Below the pieces are notes generated by a model. That model was not told the DNA's origin. It worked only from the letters and a program-made list of their open reading frames with translations, and did no database searches. Of a stretch of DNA of 64,000 nt, positions 41,466 to 50,772 are shown one piece after another; positions within the stretch are counted from its first letter, which is position 1; each line of letters starts with the position of its first letter. The stretch is from positions 32,001-96,000 of the forward strand of contig CAVXYC010000017.1 of NCBI GenBank assembly GCA_963765765.1. Direction: 5' to 3'. The position numbers and the translations under genes are program-made. The DNA comes from an uncultured Chloroflexia bacterium. Its GTDB lineage: Bacteria; Chloroflexota; UBA6077; JACCZL01.

Positions 41466-41850
41466 CTAGAAGTCTGGCGCGACGGCGGTCTTGTTTGACC
41501 CGCCTTCAGGCTCGGCCACGCAAAACTCATTTCCCTCAGGGTCGTGCATCACGGTCCAAACGAGGTTCTGCATATGGTGAGTTTCCCCTCGCGTCGCACC
41601 GAGCTTTACGAGCCGCTCGACTTCCAGCTCACGATCGTCGGCTTCGAGATCGATATGCGTGCGGTTCTTGACGGTCTTTGGCTCCCGCACTCTGACGCAG
41701 AAGCAGGCGCGGTGAGTGTGGTTCGTTGGCGCCGAGGTGCGCGATCCACTCATTACTAAACTCGATGGAGTAGCCAGTAGCCGCCTGCCAGAAGGTCGCC
41801 AGCTTCCCTGGATCGTTGCAGTCGATAGTAATGTTCTTGATTCGAGCCAT
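41466..41850 (-). CDS. VOC family (glyoxalase-like) protein (indels near 41700)
   Basis: ITIDCNDPGKLATFW; KNRTHIDL, LGAT, WTVMHDPEGNEFC. Confidence 0.88.
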
Positions 41851-41972
41851 GATGACCTCGTGGCAACGTGACGTTTCGTAGTCGGGCCATGTTGTTGTCC
41901 AGGCACTTGAAGGCGGGTTGATGTGTGGAGGATGAGGGTTTGTCATCCTCCACATGGACAGATGTGCGGTAT

Positions 41973-42476
41973 CTAACCGCCGTAGAAGACGTTGTCGCCG
42001 AGGTCCCTGAGCCACAGGGTGGCGTCATCAGCGCGGCCGTCTGGCTGCTTGCTGACACCGGCGTCGACGACCTCGCCTACGAAGATCGAGTGGTCGCCGA
42101 TCTCCACAGTCTGGACGACTTTGCACTCGACATACGCTGGCGTGCTGTCCAGGATCGGCGCCCCCGTGGATCCGGAATGGAAGGATTCACCCGAGATGGA
42201 ATTGCCATCCCGCTCCGCTGGCTTGAAAAAGGTGAACGCTAGACCGTTCTGCCCCTTGCCAAGCACGTTGAGCGCAAAGCTTCCCGCGTCTTTCACGTGC
42301 CCGTGCGATCTGGAATCCTTCTTGACTCCCACCGCTACGAGAGGCGGGTCAAATGATGCCTGCGTTACCCAGTTCACGGTCGCGGCGCTCACCGATCCGT
42401 CCTTGCCCTCGGCGGTAAGCACGTACAGGCCGTATGGAATCATGCGCAGGGCAGTCTTCTTGTCGTTGGCATCCAC
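41973..42476 (-). CDS. Flavin reductase family protein
   Basis: IPYGLYVLT, QASFDPPLV, TGAPIL, GDHSIFVGEV. Confidence 0.92.
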   Translation of the reverse strand: MDANDKKTALRMIPYGLYVLTAEGKDGSVSAATVNWVTQASFDPPLVAVGVKKDSRSHGHVKDAGSFALNVLGKGQNGLAFTFFKPAERDGNSISGESFHSGSTGAPILDSTPAYVECKVVQTVEIGDHSIFVGEVVDAGVSKQPDGRADDATLWLRDLGDNVFYGG

Positions 42477-42624
42477 GGGTCATTCCTCCTTGTGTCATCG
42501 CAATAGCCGCGTCATGGCGCTTGGAGCGCGAATTGATCGCGGCGCTCTCGCCATTGTTCCGCACACGATGCGTATCTGTCCATGGTGGGATAAGCGACCC
42601 GGGCCTACGGTCAGGCGGGGCTGT

Positions 42625-42849
42625 TTACGAGAAATGCGAACCGCGGCTGCTACGTGGATCGAGCGTGTCCCGCAGTGCATCTGCCAGGAGGTAGATACAC
42701 AGGACGGCGGTAAAGATGCACGCGCCGGGGAAGATCACCAGCCAGGAACTGGTGTACAGGTAGCGAAGCGAGTTGGTGAGCATGTTTCCCCGGCTCGCGT
42801 CGGGCGGCTGGATGCCAAGCTCAATGAAGCTGATCCCGGACTCGGCCAT
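42625..42849 (-). pseudogene. C-terminal fragment of a DppC/OppC-type ABC permease
   Basis: AESGISF...GIQPP...GNML...FPG...LADALRDTLDPR with no N-terminal part. Confidence 0.7.
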
Positions 42850-43087
42850 GATTCCGGCGGCAAATCTGGAACCCGGCTAGTGGATCCGGCGCCTTGAGTG
42901 AAACGTGTTTCAGGGGAAGGCCCGATTAAGCAGCGGTCTTCTTTTCCGTCGCGCTGGTGCGCCGCGGCCTCAAATCGGCGATCTAGACCGCCTCAATTTG
43001 TTGCCACCGTGACTAGTGTCTGCGTAGCCAACGTACCGTTGATATGGACCAGGCGCAGTTATACTGGCCTGAATCGGACGGGGGAGC

Positions 43088-43907
43088 ATGAGTGTGGACA
43101 GTCCAGCCGACGGCGGGGCGCGCGATACGTCGCCAGTTGAGGTGTTCAGCATCGGAAAGGAGCTCCTCATCGGTCAGATCCAGGACTCCAATAGCTTCTG
43201 GCTGGCCAAGTCGATCACGCAGTCTCGGTGGGGCGATGCAGCGGATCAGTATTCTCGACGACGACCAGCCGTCCCTCGTCTGCGCCTTTCGAGATGCCGT
43301 AGCTCGCGGAGCCAAAACAGTAATCACCACGGGAGGACTGGGACCCACCCCTGATGATCTCACGGTCGCCGCGCTAGCCGAGCTAACCGGCGTCCAAACG
43401 CACGTAGATGATGCTGTGGTGGCGGACCATCTTCGTCGGCGCGGAATTACGCTGGAAGAGCACACCGATAATCTCAAGCGCATGGCCACCATTCCGGACG
43501 GCTCCACGGCGTATCCCAGCCCCGCGGGTTGGGCGCCGTTGATTCGCATCGACGTAGACGGCTGCGCGATCTTCTCCATGCCCGGCCCACCACGAGAAAT
43601 GGAGGCGGTGTTCGTGCGTTACCTGGAGGAATACTTCAGCTCTGGCGCTGGCGCACACCGCGCCGTCACGCATCGAATCTACGTGGACATGTATGAGTCC
43701 GAGGTAGCGCCCCTTCTCCAACAGGTGATGACTGCCGTCCCGGGCACCTACTGCAAGGGATACATCGCCCTTGGAAATCAGCGTTTTCTACCCATCGATG
43801 TCGTGACGCGTGGTGAGGACGAGACGAGCGCCAACGCTGCATTGGAAGATGCGCTGACTCTGCTGGAGCGCCTCATCAGAGCGGTTGGCCGAGACTTCCA
43901 GCGCTAG
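43088..43907 (+). CDS. CinA N-terminal / molybdopterin-binding domain protein (indel near 43230)
   Basis: SIGKELLIGQIQDSNSFWLA; TTGGLGPTPDDLT; MPGPPREM. Confidence 0.85.
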
Positions 43908-44129
43908 CGGCCCGCAGAGTCGCGTGTCTAGGGCGTGGTTTGCGGGGCTCTGTCGCCGGTTGATAGATCTCGTCGCGCCTGACCTGTTCGCACAAGAGGA
44001 GCCTCACAAGATGCCGCTCGGCGGGCCAAGGCCTTGAGGCAATTCGCACACTTGACAGCATTCCGGCCGGGTCTAATGTCGAGTGGTCCGTATCATAGGT
44101 GCGGAATGCGGCACATAGGGAGTTCCACA

Positions 44130-44609
44130 ATGGCGCAGGTTCACGAGCCGGAGGTTGGTGCACAGCCAACGCCTAGTCCATTCCAGACGTTTGATGTTCG
44201 ACCGCAGCTTCTGGAGTACGGCAAGGTTGTCACGTCAGCGGCAAAGACGGACCTCATCTCCTGCAGCGTTCAGGTGATCGCCCATGGCGGTGAGACCAAT
44301 CTCCATGCGCATAACGGCAGTGATGCCATCTGGCTCGTGCTCGATGGGAAGGCCAAGTTCTACACGACTGACAATGAAGTGGTCGGGATCATCGAAAAGA
44401 ACCAGGGTCTTGTCATCCCCCGCGGGACACCGTACTGGTTCGAGAGTGAAGGCGATGACAATCTCGTGATTCTTCGTTTCGGCGCCACGGCTCAGAATGA
44501 GCCCGACACCCGGACGAACTACACGCATCGCAATTTCTCAGTGGACGGGCAGCAGTCGGCAGAGCGTCCCACGAAGATACTCGAAGGCGTCTTTTTCGGC
44601 GACAAATAG
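44130..44609 (+). CDS. Cupin domain protein
   Basis: GGETNLHAH, WLVLDGKA, IPRGTPYWF. Confidence 0.85.
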   Translation: MAQVHEPEVGAQPTPSPFQTFDVRPQLLEYGKVVTSAAKTDLISCSVQVIAHGGETNLHAHNGSDAIWLVLDGKAKFYTTDNEVVGIIEKNQGLVIPRGTPYWFESEGDDNLVILRFGATAQNEPDTRTNYTHRNFSVDGQQSAERPTKILEGVFFGDK

Positions 44610-44747
44610 CCTCAAGCACTAGCAACAATTTCATAACGACGCGCGCGGGCGCATCCTTTCCCACAGGCAGAGCGCAATCCGCTGAGGTGAGTGCGTGAGC
44701 TAGAGGGTTTAGGAATGTGCCCGCTCCACGCGTCCGGGGAGCGGCAC

Positions 44748-45926
44748 ATGGCAACACCTTTCCTCAGGTCCAGCGTGCGAGCATCGCTTTTCCCAATTGG
44801 CGCGGCACTGCTTGTGGCGTGCGCGCCCGCGGCTGCGCCGTCTTCACCGGCTGCCTCGGCGCCGACATCTGCGCCCGCTAAGCCGGATGTACCCAAAGCT
44901 GAGGCGCCGAAGCCTGCGGTACCGGCCGCTCAGCCGGCTTCCACGAGCAAGCCGGACAGTATGGCGGCGCTAACCGCGCTATATGAGAACGCTCGCGCCT
45001 CTGGGCAAACGAAGGTCAGTCACTACGGGGCAGGACTGAACGAGTTCGAACCAGTCGTCGAGGCCTTCCGTCAGCGGTTTCCGGGCATCGATGTGGAAAC
45101 GTCCCTCCAACGCGCACCCGAGTCAATTCAGCGTTTGAGTGCTGAAGCGAGCGCGGGCAAGCAGATCGCCAACGTTCTGAGCCATGGGGAAACGGCGATG
45201 TTGACGCTGGATCAGCAGGGCGCGTTTACCGATTGGGATGGCCCGCCCACGGCGGCGCAGCTGCCCAGGATCCCAGCCACCGGCGGTCGTACTCGATGGT
45301 CGATGAACGAAGCCGTCCACGGTTTCATGGTCAACACGAGCATGGTGCCGGCGGACAAGATTCCGACGACACCACAGAGCTTCCTGGATCCATTCTTTAA
45401 GGGTAAGGGGAAGCTTTTGCTTGAGGACCCCCGCTCTACAGGCGCCGCGCTGGATTTCTTCACGCAGGCGTCGGACAAATTCGGCCGTGAATACCTTGAC
45501 AAGATCAAGGCCCAGGAAGTCACGTTCACGCGTGATCGTACGCTTGCGCCTATCCAGGTGGCTCGTGGGGAGTTCGCAGTCTACTTCCCGGTGAGTTTGG
45601 CCGCTGAGCACTTCGCCCTCCAGTCGACGGGTGGAGTCAAAGTCGACATTTTGAAGGAGATGCCGACGACGACCACCACGTCGATTGCCGTTATCAAGGG
45701 CGCGCCAGCTCAGGATGCGGCCAAGCTGTACGTGGGCTGGCTACTCTCAGAAGAAGGGCAGAAGACGCTCGTGGAGAAGAAGGAGCAGTATGCGTCATTG
45801 CCGGGCATCTCGCCACCGGCCGGCTGGCCGACCTTTACGGATCTGCAGCTAGCGCGTCGTACTGAGGATCAAACAGCACGGAATGCCGAATATACGGAAC
45901 TGTTCGATCAGGTCTTCTTCAAGTAG
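44748..45926 (+). CDS. ABC substrate-binding lipoprotein (Fe3+/thiamine/polyamine class)
   Basis: Lipobox LVAC, Pro/Ala linker, FRQRFPGIDV, VARGE, AAKLYVGWLLSEEGQ. Confidence 0.85.
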   Translation: MATPFLRSSVRASLFPIGAALLVACAPAAAPSSPAASAPTSAPAKPDVPKAEAPKPAVPAAQPASTSKPDSMAALTALYENARASGQTKVSHYGAGLNEFEPVVEAFRQRFPGIDVETSLQRAPESIQRLSAEASAGKQIANVLSHGETAMLTLDQQGAFTDWDGPPTAAQLPRIPATGGRTRWSMNEAVHGFMVNTSMVPADKIPTTPQSFLDPFFKGKGKLLLEDPRSTGAALDFFTQASDKFGREYLDKIKAQEVTFTRDRTLAPIQVARGEFAVYFPVSLAAEHFALQSTGGVKVDILKEMPTTTTTSIAVIKGAPAQDAAKLYVGWLLSEEGQKTLVEKKEQYASLPGISPPAGWPTFTDLQLARRTEDQTARNAEYTELFDQVFFK

Positions 45927-46139
45927 TGTTGTCGCAGATAATGAAGCGCGGTCGTCACGCGAGCACGCTTCATTGCCCGGTCGATTACGTCAATAAGTCA
46001 ACCGCGTAAAACGCCTCCATTTTGAATTTGGCTGTCCCATTATTCGATGTCGAACATCCGGACAGCCTTATATTGTCTGCATCAGTCGACATTGCCTCTC
46101 CCAGCTGGGCGGTAAATCAAATCCGCCGAGGCCGAGGCA

Positions 46140-46360
46140 GGTCGCGAGTATCATCGCCTGGTGACCGGGGCTGGCTCGCGGGCATGGCGATGGCGGTCGC
46201 GGTTTCGGTGTGCTGGGCAGCATCTTCGTCGGCATCATCGGCGGCTTCCTTGCGAGCACGTTCCTTGGTCTAGATGTGTCCGGGTTCGAACCTCCCGAGC
46301 ATCCTGGTGGCGTTCGTGGGGTACATCGTGTCCCTGTTTATCCTCAGGGAAGTCCCCGGA
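46140..46360 (+). pseudogene. GlsB/YeaQ/YmgE (transglycosylase-associated) membrane protein remnant
   Basis: GRGFGVLGSIFVGIIGGFLA...GF(N)LPSILVAFVG pieced together across frameshifts. Confidence 0.6.
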
Positions 46361-46579
46361 CCCCAACCATTTGAAGGATAGCGTTCACTGGCGTTCAGGA
46401 CCTTTCACGAAAGCAGCGGCCCGATTTGGCCCCTTCCTTGCATCCTAGTGGCGTTCGTGGCGAGCATCGTGTTCCTGCTCATCCTGAGGGCAGTCCCGGA
46501 TCCCAGCCATTTGAACGATAGAGTTCACTGGCGTTCAGGACCCTTCACGAAAGTAGCGGCCCCATTGGGCCCCTTCCTT
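46299..46579. repeat. Imperfect tandem duplication of about 140 bp
   Basis: 46299-46439 and 46440-46579 both run GCATCCT(G/A)GTGGCGTTCGTGG...GTTCACTGGCGTTCAGGACC...GGCCCCTTCCTT. Confidence 0.9.
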
Positions 46580-46744
46580 CGTTTGTCCGCTATCGCACCC
46601 AAGTCACGCGCCCGAGGAACGAGACACGTGCTGCATCTCGATATCGATGGCGAAACAACGAGTGATTGGAGAAAAAACATTCCCAAAACTCTGAGGGAAA
46701 TGAAGACCAAGCCGGGGATTCAACGGCTCGCGCAGTAGTCGCGG

Positions 46745-47640
46745 ATGATTGAGCAGACGGGGCTTAACATTGGGGCGCTTGCCCGCCGAAGCGGTGTGCC
46801 TACGGCGACCTTGCGTGCCTGGGAGCGGCGTTACGGACTTCCCGCACCCCGTCGCACGATGAGCGGCCGACGAGTGTATTCGAACCTCGACCTGACCGCT
46901 GTCCTGCGCATGCGTCAACTGGTGGCCGAGGGTGTAGCTCCCGCGCGAGCCGCAATTCTGCTGACAGCGTCGGCGCAACAGTCAGCCGTTCCTGCGTCGT
47001 CAGAGCGTTTGGCCCTGGGCTTCGCGGAACGGTTCGTCGACGCGTGCATTCGGTACGATGACGTCTCAGCCAACAGTATCCTCGACGAAACATTGGCCGT
47101 ATATCCCGTCGAGGACGCCTGTTTAAAGGTCTTCATCCCGGCCCTGTGGCGAATCGGCGATCTCTGGCAAAACGGCGGGCTTCCGGTCGCAACTGAGCAC
47201 CTCGGCAGCAACCTCATTCGCGACCGAGTGGCGATGCTGATGCGGGTGACCAGCACATGGCCTGAGGCAGGCCTTATCGTCTTGACCTGCGCACCGGCGA
47301 GCAGCACGACATCGGCCTGCTGATGCTGGCAGTTCTCTTGAAGCGGCGAGGGTGGCGAGTACTCATCCTGGGAGCCAATACACCGCTTGACGAAATCGAT
47401 CGTGTTGTAGCCGTCCTCGAGCCTCACGCCATCATCATCTCTGTCACCCAAGAGGCCGTGGCCCGACGAACGTATGAACGTTGCCAGGTTCTCGTTGCTC
47501 AGCTTGAGCGCCATCGGACTATTCTGGCGTTGGGAGGTCGCGGTGTCGCATCACTCCCGCGTGAGCAGACGTCAGACAAGATCATCATTCTCCCCCAGGA
47601 ACTGCTCGAGACAGTTGCGGTTCTTGAGAAATCATCTTGA
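46745..47640 (+). CDS. CarH/LitR-type MerR regulator with cobalamin-binding domain (indel near 47300)
   Basis: MerR HTH with TLRAWERRYG; W-x9-EH motif (WQNGGLPVATEH); restored CAPGEQHDIG and RGWRVLILGANTP B12 Rossmann motif. Confidence 0.85.
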
Positions 47641-48067
47641 GCCGCGTCCGTAACTCTCGCGAGCCGGTCTAATATGTCCAGATTTCGTCCCTGTTGACAT
47701 TGAATTCTTAGACGATCGGAGCGGCACCGTGATGCTGTCGCGGCTCCACGACACTTACGTCCGCCACCATGGCTCAGGATCAACCGATTGAAATTTGATT
47801 TTGAGCGGGGCCGTACATACAAATTAAGCCAACGTGGAGCTCGCCGACCTGATGTCCAGCAATTGGGTGATCAGGTAATCGACTCCGTGCTGCTGCCACC
47901 GGCTCACGCGAGTGAATCCCAGCGGGGTCGCTGACTAGCGACTCGGCATCACAGCTCCATTCGTTGGTGCGTCTGTACGTGCATCGACGAACATTCCACA
48001 AGTTTGGGCTCAACGTGCCCAGCAGGAGCCGAAAACGGCCATCGGGAAACCCGTAGCGATGATCATC

Positions 48068-48100
48068 CAAGTCGAGATTTGTCGACGTTTTGTTCAACTC
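48068..48100 (-). promoter_or_regulatory. Putative CarH-type operator (tandem 11-bp repeats)
   Basis: Minus strand reads GAGTTGAACAA / AACGTCGACAA / ATCTCGACTTG. The first two fit nAnnTnnACAn, the consensus recalled for CarH operators. Confidence 0.5.
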
Positions 48101-48146
48101 GCAGGATCTGTGCGCGCTACCACATGGCTATCGTGAAGGAGGACCC

Positions 48147-48422
48147 ATGTCCCGTGGGCCTGTCGTTAGGAGTTGCTCGATGTGCATTGAACCCGATCTC
48201 CACCCGAATTCCGGCCGCGATGGCCCAGGCGCCCTTACTCCGCTCCAGAAGGATATTGCCGCACTTGTGTCCGAGGGACTCTCAAATCACGAGATTGCCG
48301 CGCGACTCGCGGTGACGCCCGAAGCCGTCTCCGACGAGATAGCGCGCGTGTTCGGGGCGTTGGGACTGTTCACCCGCGTACAGCTTGCGGTGTGGACGAT
48401 GGAGCACGTATTGCACCGTTGA
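48147..48422 (+). CDS. Stand-alone LuxR/GerE-type HTH protein
   Basis: LTPLQKDIAALVSEGLSNHEIAARL...TRVQLAVW; GGAGG SD before ATG 48147. Confidence 0.8.
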   Translation: MSRGPVVRSCSMCIEPDLHPNSGRDGPGALTPLQKDIAALVSEGLSNHEIAARLAVTPEAVSDEIARVFGALGLFTRVQLAVWTMEHVLHR

Positions 48423-48698
48423 CCATCATCACGGCGGTGGTGGAGCCACCGCGCACTCCGCCATCATCCAGGGTCTGCTGCATCCTCGCCATGGACCGCG
48501 GCCGCCTGACCTCACGCGTCGCGAATCAGCGACCGGCGCCGCGCCTGCGCCGCTGGCGCTCGGCCGCCCGCGCGGCATCCGCCTACACCCTCGACGCTCG
48601 CAATGTCGATTTGGTAGTTCCACCAGCTTCGTGCTCAAGCGGACCTGCCTCAACCTCGGTTTCACGATCTCCGGCAGAGCGCCGCGACGCTGCTGCGG

Positions 48699-48839
48699 TC
48701 GCAGGGCGAAGGTTTAACCACCATTCAGGCGATACTCGGGCATAGCAGTTATCAGATAACGGCGGACTTCTATACGCACGTGTTGCCATCCGTCCAGCAA
48801 CGGGCGGTGGATCGGCTACATCAGCTCCTCGCGGAGTGA
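48699..48839 (+). mobile_element. Tyrosine integrase C-terminal remnant next to the tRNA 3' end
   Basis: Manual translation QGEGLTTIQAILGHSSYQITADFYTHVLPSVQQRAVDRL carries the LGH...T...YTH box II motif. Confidence 0.8.
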
Positions 48840-48920
48840 CTGGTGGTCGGTTTGGTGGTCACATCGTCAATTGTCGTTGTTCAACGGTTATTGCTGGCCG
48901 CCATATGAGCTTAAAGAAGG

Positions 48921-48993
48921 TGGGCCAGGTAGGGTTCGAACCTACGACCGTCGAGTTATGAGCTCGCTGCTCTAACCACTGAGCTACTGGCCC
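48921..48993 (-). tRNA. tRNA-Ile2 (CAU anticodon, lysidine type)
   Basis: GGGCCAGTAGCTCAGTGGTTAGAGCAGCGAGCT-CAT-AACTCGACGGTCGTAGGTTCGAACCCTACCTGGCCCA. C4-G69 and C5-G68 favour Ile2 over Met; the paired G1-C72 excludes fMet. Confidence 0.9.
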
Positions 48994-49009
48994 GCTTGGC
49001 GCGGCCGAA

Positions 49010-49677
49010 TCAGGCGGAGGCTTCCACCAGGACGCGCACTTTGGATGCGGCGGCATTGCCGAGAGAAACTTTTCGCCACCGCGCGTAAGTGTAATCAGAC
49101 CATTGTACGGGGCCGATTCTGCAACCGAAAGACGGGCGCCCGGCACCACACCGAAGCGCTGGAGGTATTCCATGAGCTCCGGGCTCTCTTCTGCCTCTTC
49201 CGTGATGCGCTGCACAAGCACGTCATCACCCGTTTGGCGAGTATCCAGCCCGACCTCGCGAACGTTCACTGGATTGCCTGGCATGGGGTTGCCATGCGGG
49301 CAGGTAGACGGGTTTCCCAGCACTTCCAGAAGACGTGTCTCGAGATGGTCCGTGATTGCATGCTCTAGCTTGTGGGCGTATTCGTTTGCCTCGTGCCAGG
49401 GCATCCCAATCAACTTGGTGAGCAGCCACTCGGCCAATGCGTGCCGGCGTACCACTCGGTCCGCTTCAACGCTGCCTTTGGGCGTAAAGGAGATCGTTTT
49501 CGATCGATCCATCTTGATCAGATCGTCACGAATCATGCGCTGAAGGGTGGCCGCCACGGTTGCAGGGGTCACGCCAAGGCGCTCCGCAAGTCGTGCGGAG
49601 ATCACCCGCTCGCCATCCCGGGTCATGTAATGGATGGTCTGAAGATAATCTTGAACTACTGCGCTTGTGTCTTCCAT
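49010..49677 (-). CDS. DtxR/MntR-family metal-dependent regulator with FeoA domain (indel near 49070)
   Basis: QDYLQTI, LAERLGVTPATV, RRHALAEWLL, AHKLEH, CPHGNPMP. Confidence 0.92.
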
Positions 49678-49825
49678 GACCCCGCCAATCACCTCTGCAC
49701 TCTTCGGAAGTATATGGTCCCCCTGTTCACGGAGCAACGCTTTATGGCTTGTGCAGCGAGCACGAGAGGCTGGGCAGGATAAGAGAAACAAAGCGATGAA
49801 TGGGAATCTCTCGCCAACCGCCACG

Positions 49826-50377
49826 TCAGCCGAGTCCGTGCAGCGCCCGGTACGTCGGTAGCGATTCAGGAAGCTCGGCGGGCAGGCGCTCCCCTTTGTA
49901 GTGTTTACGGAATTCGCTCGCCAGGCCGGCCGCCAGCTCTGACATGGGAAGGTAGTACCAGCAGGCAAGGACGCGTTCCGCGAAGAGCCACTCCCGGTCA
50001 ATCCGAACGTAGCGGTCAGAATAGCGAAACGCTGCGATGAAAGCCTGCCCGTCAAGAACCATCTCAGCATGGGCTCTGACCTGACCGTGGCCAGTGTCCA
50101 GGGAATCAAACTCGATCTGGTGCGTATGCGGGTAGTGGAATGTGACGCCATAAGTCTTGAAGCGCTCGGCGTAGTAGCTGCGAATCGCAGCCCGACCGTC
50201 AAGTCGAAACATGCCATCGGCGTGGCGCATCAAGCCGTCCTCGGCGTAGACGCCGGTAAAGGATTCCAGGTCACGATCGTCAATGGCACTGCAGTAGCGC
50301 CTGACCAGATCCTGAATTGCGATGCGATCCTCCATTCGCTGCAGACGTGCCAGAAGATCCGTTTCAGCGTGGCTCAT
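49826..50377 (-). CDS. SnoaL-like / NTF2 family protein
   Basis: LQRMEDRIAIQDLVRRYCSAIDDRD; YSDRYVR...WLFAER. Confidence 0.85.
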   Translation of the reverse strand: MSHAETDLLARLQRMEDRIAIQDLVRRYCSAIDDRDLESFTGVYAEDGLMRHADGMFRLDGRAAIRSYYAERFKTYGVTFHYPHTHQIEFDSLDTGHGQVRAHAEMVLDGQAFIAAFRYSDRYVRIDREWLFAERVLACWYYLPMSELAAGLASEFRKHYKGERLPAELPESLPTYRALHGLG

Positions 50378-50715
50378 GAGCGATTGGGCTGCCTGATGAA
50401 GAGTCGCTCCTCGAGCTGCACGGACTCATGGACGCTAATGCCGCGGTCCTTCCAGGCGTAGAACTCGGCATTGATGGCCTGTCGCTCCGGAGTGCGCATC
50501 TCCGCTATTGCGATCGCCATATCGTCAGTGGAGGTCTCATACTCGGTGATGTAGACACGCTCACCGTTGAGCTCGCCCACCAGCCGGCGCGCACTGTAGA
50601 AGTGTGGCACCGCCTCCATGAGGCTCGGCATGTACTCGCTCTCATACCAAGCATTGAACTCGTCTTCTAATTCCTGCTTCAGTACCAGTCGTACCTGGTA
50701 GATGGCTCTAGCCAT
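50374..50715 (-). CDS. EthD/DUF4286-like dimeric alpha-beta barrel protein
   Basis: EDEFNAWYESEYMP, SARR, YITEYE; overlaps the NTF2 gene start. Confidence 0.65.
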   Translation of the reverse strand: MARAIYQVRLVLKQELEDEFNAWYESEYMPSLMEAVPHFYSARRLVGELNGERVYITEYETSTDDMAIAIAEMRTPERQAINAEFYAWKDRGISVHESVQLEERLFIRQPNRS

Positions 50716-50772
50716 GCGACTCTCCCGGTTGCAGCTTCGGTGGTCCGCGAGTCTATCAGAAGGGCAGGGAGA

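Noticed and set aside
46282-46293. GGGTTCGAACCT match to the tRNA-Ile2 T-arm as a possible att site
   Set aside because: Only 12 bp, lies within the glsB-like coding remnant (GFNLPS plus one extra base), and lacks the acceptor-stem sequence.
46299-46579. CRISPR array
   Set aside because: Only two long contiguous units, no unique spacers and no cas genes.
48859-50217. 452-aa ORF in the ORF track
   Set aside because: An artefact: off-frame NTF2 sequence joined to the DtxR-family gene, with a frameshifted tail running through the tRNA. The real gene is 49010-49677.
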